Shown here in pieces: positions 1 through 11,143 of a stretch of 64,000 nt of DNA. Source of the stretch: Octopus vulgaris (Eukaryota); NCBI GenBank assembly GCA_951406725.2, contig OX597827.1, positions 4,340,001 through 4,404,000 on the forward strand, written 5' to 3'. The notes below the pieces were generated by a model. It worked only from the letters and a program-made list of their open reading frames with translations. It made no database searches and was not told the DNA's origin. How positions within the stretch are numbered: position 1 is the stretch's first letter; each line of letters begins with the position of its first letter. Made by a program: the position numbers and the translations under genes.

Positions 1-849
1 TTATTCCATACTTACTCCTATAGAAGTATTTAAAATGAATCTAAAACCTTTATTACATGACAAATCTTGAGACGGGAAATGAGTAAATGATGATATTACT
101 GAAACATTTGATTATATTTCCTATAGAATAAAGTGGCTGCGTTCTAGAAATGTATTTTTCAAAATAAAGGTAAACTGTTTATTGCCACAGGTTTATGAAT
201 AATACATCAGATTGTGAAGAAGAAGAATTTGATCAATTATTACTTTTCACCAGGGACTTCAGTTTATTCATCCATTATGTGTCTTATATTCAGCTAAAAA
301 CCAGAAAAAGAAAACCCTAAAATCTGAAAATCTTTACTTTAAGAGCTACTAAGGGGGCTGCTAAAATTAACTTCTTTATTCTATCTCAATGGTATATTGA
401 GAGAAAATAGAAAGGAAATCTATGGGCAATTTCAACATAGAGAAATAAACTGCTAGAAACCATAGGATATATATGCATATTTTAGCATTCTATGTAAGAG
501 TGAAATAGTTCAGAGGTATGAAGATAATATGAATGTAAAATTGTGTTCAATACAAACTCAATAATCGGGAAGATTGGCAAAACATTTAGACTGTGAAGAG
601 GAAGAAAGAAAAGAAGTTCTTAAATCGATTTAGATAATAAGGAAAAGAATAAATTATCAAAAACTTTAACCTGTGTCGCTGGCAATGATGTCGAAACAAA
701 GAGATGTTTTATGAAGAAGAAATAAAAATAATGCACTTTGCATCTCTTAAAGTAGTGAGAGTAGAGTGAAACAGCAAGACATAGAGTAAATCTTTGAGCA
801 TTATCGAATGAAGAGTGAAAGGAGATGCATGTGAGTGAAAACAAATTAG

Positions 850-1255
850 CGTAACTTAATTTGGTAGAGGTTAGATTGCAGGGTAGCAGAGGAAATATAT
901 GGATGCTATTATAATATAATTCACTGCTGTTATGCTGAAGGGTGGAGTTTGGAGTTGTAGGAAGATAATGTGTGGTAGGAGTGAAGTGCAGATAAGTACT
1001 ATGTAATTTAATGAGGTTACAGAGAAGAGCTGGAAGAAGAAAATGCATATAATGTTAGAGGGTGAAATGTAATTTATTTGGGATGTGCAGAAAGAATGAA
1101 AGTATAATAAATACACAGACCGAATCGCTACAGTGGGATTTAGTCAGGTTGGAGAGAAAAGTCTAGAGGTTAGAAGCATCTATGGAACTAATCAGTGTGC
1201 ACTGTGTTGTACAAAGTTATATAGAGATGATAATGTGAAAAGAGATTTTATATAT
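850..1255 (-). mobile_element. Highly decayed non-LTR retrotransposon (L2/Jockey/CR1-like) 3' fragment
   Basis: Minus-strand peptides YLLYFHSFCTSQINYISP and YYNSIHIFPLLPCNLTS loosely resemble the LINE ORF2 C-terminal motifs LFYRYYHGxCSxEL and WNSLPxxxFPxxYNL. TATAGAGATGATAATGT is shared with the remnant near 56860. Confidence 0.35.
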
Positions 1256-1982
1256 ATAGAGAGAGAAAGAGATAGATAGATATATGTACATACATACATA
1301 CATGCATACATACATACATACATACATACACATACATACATATATACATAAATGCATGTGTGAGTGTGTGCATGTAAATACATATTCATGTACATACATG
1401 TTTATAGATGTGTGTGTATATATATATATATCATCCATTATATTATATATAAATAAAATATTATATTATATATTATATTACATTATATGTATATTATATT
1501 ATATATATATATATATATATATATGCGTGTTTGCATGTCCATGCATGTATGTGCATGTGGATATGTATGTATCCATGTATGTGTGTATGTGTGTATGTGT
1601 GTATGTATGTATGTATGCATGTATCTGTGAATGGATCTCAAACTTTCTGATCATGAGTGTTCACTTGTTTGATCGACTCAACTACAAGACTCTTTGAAGT
1701 CATGTGCAACTGGCTGAATGTTCCACAGATATGCATGCCATTTATATAATTCTCAGATAAAATTAGTATGACATGGTATGACATGAATAAATTGCAGGTA
1801 CAATTCGTCCAACAGGCTTCTTCGCAGTCTCCATCTACCCAATTCAACTCACAGGGCGTGGGTCAATATATAATATGACATTTGCTAAGTATGCCATACA
1901 ATGGGATGAAAATCGAACTTCATAATCTTGAACCAAATTTCTTACCAATTCAGCCATATGTGTGTATGTATTTATATATAAA

Positions 1983-2033
<51 letters not shown>

Positions 2034-2161
2034 TTATTTATATATATGTATATTATATATACATATATATATTTATATATATATATATATATACATATGT
2101 ATATTAAATATATATATATATACACATTTGTATATGTATGTATATTATGTATATATTTATA

Positions 2162-3046
2162 CAAGGGCTGATCAATATGTATTTGGACTGTTGCTATAGT
2201 AACGAAGCTAAAACACACAGATTAAAGCTGTTTGGGTACAGATTGACCTTCAACTCCACTGTGCATGCACACTAAGTTTTAACTTTCCAGCTCGCTTCTG
2301 CTGTTTACAGCAATGCTTGGAAGGAAGGTGTGTAATGTGTGATCATCACATTGACCATGACAGAGACAGTTGTCATGGTGATACCTGCTCAGAGGCCTAT
2401 GCAAGGTTGCAGAAAGTATATGGAGAGGTTTGTATGAACCACACACAAGTGTATGAGTGGTTCAGACATTTCCAAAACGACCGAAAAAATGTCAATACTG
2501 GGAGACCTGCAAGCAGCAGAACTGAGGAAAACATCGCAGATGTGCATGTAGCTGTGAGGGGAAATCTCCAAATAAACATCTACGAATTATCAGAGGATGT
2601 GCAGATTAGTTACGGTTCAGTTCAGACCATTATCTCTGAAAATTTAGGTATGAGATGTGTGTCTGCCAAGTTTGTGCCAAAACTGCTTTTAGCTGACGAA
2701 AAAGACACTTGGGTTTCAGTTGCAATCGCTTTGATTGTATCGAAAATGATGAAGTCTGTTTGAAAACTTTGCCTAGACATCTGAGCAGGTATTGCCAAGC
2801 TTTTGGCGAGATTTGATGTAGATTCTTTGCTCATCTTTCTCTGTCATGATCACATGCTACACATGTTCCTTTGAAGCACTGCCGTAAACAGTGGAAGTTT
2901 ACAGAACTGCTGTAAACATCTAGAATGTTAAAACTTACTATACATTCACAACAGAATACAAGGTCAATCTGTACCAAGCAGCTTTACTCTATGTGCTTTA
3001 GCTTTGTTACTATGGCAACAGTTCAGATATTCATTGATCAGCCCAC

Positions 3047-3047
<1 letters not shown>
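2162..3047 (+). mobile_element. Internally deleted mariner (Tc1/mariner) DNA transposon
   Basis: TA flanks at 2160-2161 and 3048-3049. Ends CAAGGGCTGATCAA / TTGATCAGCCCACA. Inverted similarity is clear over ~90 bp (2162-2250 vs 2960-3047) and extends imperfectly to ~200 bp. A transposase fragment lies between the TIRs. Confidence 0.9.
2375..2763 (+). pseudogene. Mariner transposase N-terminal DNA-binding (HTH) fragment
   Basis: ORF 2317-2763 encodes EAYARLQKVYGEVCMNHTQVYEWFRHF...GRP...ISYGSVQTIISENLGMRCVSAKFVPKLL, i.e. the mariner HTH plus a WVPHEL-like linker. The catalytic DD34D domain is missing. Confidence 0.85.
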
Positions 3048-3106
<59 letters not shown>

Positions 3107-3189
3107 ATACTATGAATATATAAATATCTATATGTATATATATATATACATACATATATATATGTATATATTATGAATATATAAATATC

Positions 3190-3222
<33 letters not shown>

Positions 3223-3330
3223 ATGTATGCACATATATATATATACATATATATATATGCATTCCTATATATATATAAAGATTCAAACATATATACATAT
3301 ATATATATACATCCATATATACATATATGT

Positions 3331-3365
<35 letters not shown>

Positions 3366-3382
3366 CATATATACATATATGT

Positions 3383-3453
<71 letters not shown>

Positions 3454-4972
3454 AGTACATCACATATTGTACATACATATATATATACTTATACATGTAT
3501 GTGAGGAGATTAGTGCTTCATAATGCATTTTGGTTGTACAAAAGGTTTGGAAATAAGAGGGGATTTATGGAATGTCAAGAGAAAATGTGATTCACTTAAG
3601 TTATATCATTATTGCCACTTTTATAAATCCCGCCTATTGGCTTTCTGCTCTTTGTAAAGTAACTTCCTGTCAACTACTATCATTCTCAACTATTCTTCTG
3701 AAGGTATGTCTTCTCTCTCTCCTCTACTGCACCAATGATACTCAATACTAGGCTGTGCTGACTTCCCCCCTAATTTCTTTCTTCAACATCTACTTTACAA
3801 TTGCATCCTTGATCAATAATAATATAAGATGCTGCATTTAATAAAACCAGTCATATGGTCGAGACAGACTGTCATATGAAAGATCAAACTGTGATATCCA
3901 ACGAACACATCAAAATAGTATGTGTGTGTGTGTGTGTGTGTGTGTACATATACATACATATATATATATATGTACATATACATATATATCTATATACATA
4001 TACATACATAGATATATATATGTACATATACATATATATCTATATACATATACACACACATATATATATACACACACATATATATATACACATATACATA
4101 TATATATATATACATATATACATATACATATATACATATATATTTATATACATATACATATATATATATATATACACGTATACATATGTATATATATATA
4201 CACATATACATATGTATATATATATATATGGACACATGCAAATACACACATGCATATACAAAACGCTAATCACACATACACATGCGTAGTACATACGCAT
4301 GTTTCAAGCATCAGGTAAAAAGTGGGTTGATGTGACAGATCAAGGATAACCTAATATGAAGTAGTATACATGCTAAACCAAGAGGAAAAGCTTGTATAAA
4401 ATGGATGATGTGTGTGGGTTGAAGAGAGGAAAGCGTCCTCTCTTCAGAACTAAACAAGTTCAGATTTCCTATTCTGTTGCTCTTCGAGCTTTGTAATCGT
4501 TTGATACACTATGTATGTCATAAAAAGGTTCATAGCTACCAAATGCTATATATCATGACAATGGTGATGGTAGTGGCAGGGGTAGTGGCGGCCGTGGCAG
4601 TGGCAGCCGTGGCAGTGGTGTTGGGCTGTTAGGACCAGACATAGTGGTGGTCTTACCTTTATAATCATGAAAGATGAAGAAACTAGGAAATTAGATACTC
4701 TATGGCTATGCTTTCTTCTTTCACAAACACACACACACACATACACACACAATGATGCACATACATACACAAGAATAGATACAGTCAATGTTTATAATTC
4801 TTGGCTAATTCTATAGCTGCCAACTCATTATCTATTAATCAATATCTATTTATCTCCCTCGAGTGACAGAGTTAGACATTTGTCTTACTTAATCAGATAC
4901 ATCCATTAATGGGTGCAATTGATATTGACTTCAGAAGAATGGTCCCTCAATATTTTACACACATTATAGAAC

Positions 4973-5224
4973 TTGAACTCAACATTGCAAGTCAAGGAAA
5001 CATTTCTCAATTATGCAGTGTTCTCACTGCTTGGTATTGAGCTTAGTCAAACAATTCAAAGCTAAATGTTTTGCTCATGGGTTGAATTTGAAATGAGCAT
5101 TGCAAGCCAGCAAAACATTCCTCAATTATGCAGTGTTCCCACTACTTACAGGAAGAAACTGCACATTCATTAGAATCAGGGTCAATCAAACAAATGGAAG
5201 CTAAGTAGCTTGGTCACGAGTTGA
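4973..5224. repeat. Old diverged tandem duplication, ~115-bp period
   Basis: CATTGCAAG...AAACATT(T/C)CTCAATTATGCAGTGTT occurs at 4983 and 5098, with further patchy similarity downstream. Confidence 0.6.
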
Positions 5225-5825
5225 CTGATACTATATAAAATCTCAACTATTCAGTCACTCAATCAACACACAAACATTTCTAGCAGTTTCCTATATATTA
5301 AATTATATATATATATATTAAATTATAATATGCTTGCAAACTTCACCAGTTAGCATTACCATCATATCATCGACATATCACATCACCATCATGAAAGATA
5401 TCAAAAAGTAGCCTATATCACCATGTCAACTGGTACCCATGACAAATTTCCCTTCTATCAATTTCTATCTCTTCATTTAGATGTGAACTACACTAATATG
5501 TACCTCCTGTATTCAATATGACCACCTACTATTACTATGATTACGTACTTATATGGAACTGGCAGCAATAAGGATATCTGTTTTTATTGCAATCAGTATT
5601 TCTGCTTCCAATAAAGGTGGGGAATCTCTTGTGTAACAATCTCATCAATTCATCAACAAGTGCTTCAATATAACATTTACACAGAATAAGATATCTGTCA
5701 TTATTCAATATTTATATTCATATTTAATATTCACACTCACAGGCATATGTATGCATGTGTGTATGTATGTATGTATGTATGCACGCATGTACGTATATGT
5801 GTGTGTATAAATATATATATATTTA

Positions 5826-6052
5826 TACCGGAGTAAACACATAAATGTGAAACAAGGTGGAAAAAAGAGTACTCAAATACCAGTGGTAGAGTAATATGCT
5901 TTATTTAAAGCAGCAGAAAATTCAACAAAACCTGTTACTCTGAGTTTCCCGTTGCCGTTCATCGGACAGTTTTTGCATAAACTGTCCGATGAACGGCAAC
6001 GGGAAACTCAGAGTAACAGATTTTGTTGAATTTTCTGCTGCTTTAAATAAAG
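5826..6052. mobile_element. Penelope-like element terminal remnant forming a 74-bp-arm fold-back
   Basis: Arms 5899-5972 and 5979-6052 are reverse complements with one mismatch and a 6-nt loop. Each arm contains a minimal hammerhead-like motif. The insertion sits within (TA)n. Confidence 0.65.
5982..6019 (+). ncRNA. Minimal type I hammerhead-like motif, non-canonical (mirror copy on minus strand at 5932-5969)
   Basis: CTGT-CCGATGA-A-CG-GCAA-CG-G-GAAA-CTCAGAG-TA/-ACAG: stem I CTGT/ACAG, GNRA-capped stem II, near-palindromic stem III and GUA triplet. Deviations are U4>C and an A.G pair at the base of stem II. Confidence 0.5.
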
Positions 6053-6081
6053 TATATATATATATATATATATATTGTAAT

Positions 6082-6330
6082 GAACAACCTGCACAGATCA
6101 CTTGTTTATAGGCATCAAATGTTTATGCTGCACATCACTTCACTCCCTCCATAAAATTGACAGTACCTGAACAGGTGTACAGTGTACAACATGTCAGGTG
6201 TCGAAATAATCACAGAAAAACATAAGATGAATGGTTTTTCTCAAGAACACTATGCTTTGCCAGGTCTGGGAATTGAACCCATGATCTTGTGATTGTTAGT
6301 GCAACACCCTAACCACTAGGTCCTGCACCC

Positions 6331-6332
<2 letters not shown>
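6082..6332 (-). mobile_element. tRNA-derived SINE, diverged (family D)
   Basis: Reverse complement starts with a tRNA-like head (GGTGCAGGACCTAGTGGTTAGGGTG...GGGTTCAATTCCC, A/B boxes). The body is similar to 50100-50280. Confidence 0.6.
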
Positions 6333-6376
<44 letters not shown>

Positions 6377-6449
6377 GAAGATCTGTAGTCCACAGCTGAA
6401 GTGTTAAGGCCACATCCCATTTGTGAAGAGGACTGGAATTGCAAGAGTC

Positions 6450-6633
6450 CTACGCTGGTGCCATGTAAAAAGCACCAAGCACACTCTGTAAAGTGGTTGG
6501 CATTAGGAATGGTGTCCAGCCATAGAAACTATGCCAATTCAGACTGAAGGTACAGCTCTCCTACATACCAGCTCTGGTAAAACCGTCCAACCCATGCCAT
6601 CATGGACAAAGGATGTTCAATGATGATGATGAT
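6450..6633 (+). mobile_element. RTE-type LINE 3' end
   Basis: GTAAAAAGCACC...GTGGTTGGCATTAGGAA...CCGTCCAACCCATGCC...(GAT)n tail, shared with the copies at 8071, 16660 and 17095. Confidence 0.7.
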
Positions 6634-6655
6634 ATACATATGTATGTGAGTATAA

Positions 6656-7050
6656 GTGTGGCTGTGTGGTAAGGAGCTTGCTTCCCAACCACATGGTTCT
6701 GGGTTCAGTCCCACTGCAAGAGGAAAAGAGATTTCTACCATAGCCTTAAGCCAACCAAAGCCTTGTAAGTAGATTTGGTAGACAGAAACTGAAAGAATCC
6801 CGGCATATATATATATATATATATTTGTGTGTGTCTTTGTGTCTGTGGTTGTCCCACCACCACCACTTGACAACCGGTGTGTTGGTGTATTTATGTCCCT
6901 GTAACTTAGCAGTTCAGCAAAACAGATCAATAGCATAAGTACCAGGTTTTAAAAAGAAAGAACTGGGGTTGACACATTCGATTATAAATTCTTCAAGGTG
7001 GTGCCTCAGCATGGCAGCCATCTAATGATTGAAGCAAGTAAAAGATAGAA
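6656..7050 (+). mobile_element. tRNA-derived SINE family A
   Basis: Head GTGGCTGTGTGGTAAG...GGTTCAGTCCC, central microsatellite and tail CAAGTAAAAG. Many copies occur in the window. Confidence 0.85.
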
Positions 7051-7065
7051 TATATATGTATATAT

Positions 7066-7623
7066 ACTCTTTACTCTTTTACTTGTTTCAGGCATTTTAC
7101 TGTGGCCATGCTGGATCACCACCTTTAGTTGAAAAAAATCGACTCCAAGACTTATTCTTTGTAAACCTAGTACTTATTCTATCGGTTCTTTTTGCCAAAC
7201 CGCTATGTTATGGGGACGTAAACACACACAAGCAATGATTGTGGGAGAACAAACACAGAGACACACACTCGTACACACACACATGCACACACACACAGAA
7301 AAACACACACATGCACACACACACACACACACACACATACACACACACATACACACACATACACACACATACACACACACAGAAACACATACATGCACAC
7401 ACACACACACACATACATATATATATATACACACACACTCACGCACACACACACACACACACACACTCACACACACAGAAACACACACACGCACACACAC
7501 ACACAGGAACACACACACGCACACATACACACACACACATATATATATATATACGAAATGCAATCTACCAAATCCACTCACAAGGCTTTGGTCAGCCTGA
7601 ATCTATAGTAGAAGACACTTGTC
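7066..7623 (-). mobile_element. SINE family A, 5'-truncated, with expanded internal (CA)n
   Basis: CTCTTTTACTTGTTTCAG...GGCCATGCTGG...CTACCAAATCCACTCACAAGGCTTTGG matches the other copies. Confidence 0.85.
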
Positions 7624-7867
7624 AATTTTCACCCACTTCCCTTTGAATCTCTTAAACAGTTGAATGCCAAGACCAGTAGAAGAATGGAAAGAAGGCAGAA
7701 CATGTACGATAAATACAAACTGAAAAATAACAACATACAAAATGCTCAGTCGATGGTAGCAACCCCTAAAATGTCTTGTTGAGTTTTTGCCCTATATTAA
7801 ATAAAATTAGAGGGTGTCTTCAAGTTTTTGAAACGATAAGTTATTTTGCATCGCCCTAGCATAGATA

Positions 7868-8952
7868 GGTACAGGAGTGGCTGTGTGGTAAGTATAGGCA
7901 CAGGTGTGGATATGTGGTAAGTAGCTTGCTTACCAACCACATAGTTCCGGGTTCAGGGTTCAGTTCCACTGCATGGCACCTTCAGCAAGTGTTTTTGACT
8001 ATAGCCTTGGGCTAACCAAAGCCTTGTGAATAGATTTCGTGGATGGAAACTGAAAGAAGCCATCGTATATACGTAAAAAGCACTATCCGACTCGTGGCCG
8101 TGGCACGTAAAATACTCCAATGCGACCATACGACAGGCACCCATGCCAACCCCCTTTGCTTGTGAAGACATGTTGGGGCAAGCGAAATCGAAATCGAATT
8201 GAACCAGCCAGGATCCCTGGTCTGGTGGTATGTAAAAAGCACTATCCGACTCGTGGACGATGCCAGCACCGCCTCGACTGGCTTCCGTGCCGGTGGCACA
8301 TAAAATACACCAATCTGACCGTGGCCGTTGCCAGCCCCGCCTGGCACCTGTGCAGGTGGCACGTAAAAAGCACCCACTACACTCACGGAGTGGTTGGCGT
8401 TAGGAAGGGCATCCAGCTGTAGAAACATTGCCAGATTAGACTGGAGCCTGGTGCAGCCTTCTGGCTTCCCAGAACCCCGGTCGAACCGTCCAACCCATGC
8501 TAGCATGGAGAACGGACGTTAAACGATGATGATGATGATGATGATATATATATATATATAAATATTTATATATATATATATAAATATTTATATATATATA
8601 AATATATATATGTCGCTTGTGTCTATGAGTTAACTCATAGACACACGTGATATAATAATCCAACTAGTAGTTCCAATCCTGTACAACGCACTCAATAAAA
8701 TAAACCTAAGAATATATTTATATGTATGTATATGTTTGTGTGTCTGTGTTTTTCCCCACACCATCAGTTAACAACTGATGTTGGTGTGTTTATATACCTG
8801 TAACTTAGTGGTTTGGCAAAAGAGACTGATAGAATAAGTACTAGGCTTACAAGGAATATGTCCTGGGGTCAATCTGCTCGACTAAAGGCAGTGCTCCAGC
8901 ATGGCTGCAGCCAAATGCCTGAAACAAATAAAAAAAACAAAAGAATAAAAGA
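7868..8952 (+). mobile_element. SINE family A interrupted by an RTE 3' end
   Basis: The 5' half lies at 7868-8070 with a duplicated head start. The 3' half resumes at ~8725-8952. Confidence 0.75.
8071..8545 (+). mobile_element. RTE-type LINE 3' UTR, young and CpG-rich
   Basis: Repeated GGTGGCACGTAAAAAGCACC modules, then GGAGTGGTTGGCGTTAGGAAGGGCATCCAG...CATGCTAGCATGGAGAACGGACGTTAAAC(GAT)n. The same tail follows the RTE coding remnant at 16925. Confidence 0.8.
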
Positions 8953-9055
8953 ATATATGCCTATATGTGTATATATATGTGTGTTTATATATATATGTAT
9001 GTGTATATGTGTATATATATATGTTTATATGTGCATATAAATATATATATGTATG

Positions 9056-9103
<48 letters not shown>

Positions 9104-9194
9104 TACATATACATATATATGTGTATATATAAATACATATATATATATGTTTATATATACATATATATGTGTGTGTGTATATAAATACATATAT

Positions 9195-9252
9195 GTCCAA
9201 CCCATGCTAGCATGGAAAGCGGACGTTAAACGATGATGATGATGGTGATGAT
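9195..9252 (+). mobile_element. Extremely 5'-truncated RTE 3' end
   Basis: GTCCAACCCATGCTAGCATGGAAAGCGGACGTTAAAC(GAT)n inside a (TA)-rich tract. Confidence 0.75.
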
Positions 9253-10031
9253 GTTTGTGTATACACAGATATATATAAATAATAATAATAATAATAATAA
9301 TAATATACTCTGGTTTAAAACAACATTTATCTAAGCAATTGATATGTAGCGTCCCAAGATTGCTTAGAAACACTGGTACATTATAAAATCTGCCTAACCA
9401 CATATCTCAATGGCAAGAAACTATTCATAGCCCTTATTTTAATGCAGTGTACATTAAATAATATTTATTTTCTCACTGGGTGGAGTACTTGTTTTCATTG
9501 ACCCTACATTAAACACCACAGTAAACTATCTATTTTCTGTAGAATACTGACTCACTCAGAGTTTCTAAGTTTGCTTTCAATATGTGTGTGTCTGTGTGTG
9601 TGTGTGTGTATGCACGCACATGTGTGTGTATATGTATTTATATGTATGGAAACATACACACTCAAAATATGTCTTACTTTTTGGCAAATTCTTTCCATAC
9701 TCTTGCATTGATCACTGAAATCGTTGCAGAGTTAGAGTAACATTTTTCTGTTCACTTAGAGCAGCAGTACTCAGCCTATTCATTCATAGTATAACACTGA
9801 AAGGGTTTCAAAAAATAAATCTTCCACATTTGAAATATTTGATAAAAATGTAAAATATTCATGAATGTTCATTTACTGCAAACAAAAAAACTAAGAAATT
9901 TTTCCTGCAGAAAGGTATGAAATGTTAATCACATCCCATCATCTTTTATTCAAATATTTTAAGAAGAGGGTCAGGAAGGATTATTGATTTGCCGAAATGG
10001 GTTACGATGACAAAATGGTTGAAAATCATAA

Positions 10032-10420
10032 GGCATACAGTAACTATGTGGTTAAAGAGCCCACTTTGCAACCACATGGTTTTATGTTCAATCCCATTGC
10101 ATGTCATTAGGGCAAGTGTCTTCTGCTATAGTTCCTGGCCAACCAATGGCTTATGATTTAAATTCGTTGACAGCAATTGTGTGGAAGCCATCGTATGTGT
10201 GTGTATGAGCGTGTGTGTGTGTGCATGTGTTTTTGTATTTCTACATGTCCCCCCACCATCAACTGGTGCTGGTTTGTTTGCATCTCTGCAACTTAGGGTT
10301 TCAGCTAAAGTGAACAATAGTATAAGTACCAGGTAAATACTTGGGTTGACTTTTTTTTACTAAACCCTTCAAAGCAGGATCCCAGTATGGCTGCAATCTA
10401 ATAACTGAAACAAATAAAGA
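10032..10420 (+). mobile_element. SINE family A, diverged
   Basis: CAACCACATGG...GTTCAATCCC...GGGCAAGTGTCTTCT...CCAGTATGGCTGCA...ACTGAAACAAAT. Confidence 0.75.
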
Positions 10421-10755
10421 TGAAACATAGTGTTGGTGGTGATAGTGATGATGATCCCACTATTCAAAAAGTTGTAGTAAATGAAAACAAAATATCAAAA
10501 TAAGACTTAATTAGTGCTCGTTATTTCTGACATGGAAGAACTAACTAATAGACAATGAAGATTTGATTTTCATTCTAGACTGGTATTCATTGGCTCCAGC
10601 AGGATGAATGACATTGTTGGCCTTGACAAAATTTGAACTTAGAATGCATACATCCAGAATGCATACTGCAAGGCCTTTAGTTTGATACACCTAACAACTC
10701 TCCCAATTCACTATCTTAATTAATAAATAATTCTCTTTTTCTTTTTTATTTTTCG

Positions 10756-11143
10756 CTTTTACTTGTTTCAATCATTTGACTGTGGCCATGTTGGAGCTCC
10801 ACATTTAGTCAAGCAAATCGACCGCAGGACTTATTCTTTGGAAGCCTAGTACTTATTCTATCGGTCTCTTTTGCCAAACTGCTAAATTAAGGGGATGTAA
10901 ACACACCAGCATCGGTTATCAAGTGATGTTGGGGGGACAAACACAGACACACAAACCTATATACACACATACATATACATATATATGACAGGCTTCTTTC
11001 AGTTTCCGTCTACCAAATCCACTCTCAAGGCTTTGGTTGGCCTGAGGCTACAGTAGAAGACACTTGCCCAAGGTGCCATGCAGTGGGAATGAACACAGAA
11101 CCATGTGGCTGGTAAGCAAGCTACTTACCATACAGCCATTCCT
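10756..11143 (-). mobile_element. SINE family A, near full length
   Basis: Colinear with the reverse complement of 43115-43530. Confidence 0.9.

Noticed and set aside
2317-2763. 148-aa ORF as a functional or domesticated gene
   Set aside because: It starts within the TIR at a non-ATG codon, is truncated after the linker, and lies inside a deleted transposon.
3834-3879. Hammerhead-like spacing TTAATAA-AACC..GGTC-GAGA-CAGACTG-TC
   Set aside because: It needs at least four core substitutions and stem I is poor, so it cannot be distinguished from chance.
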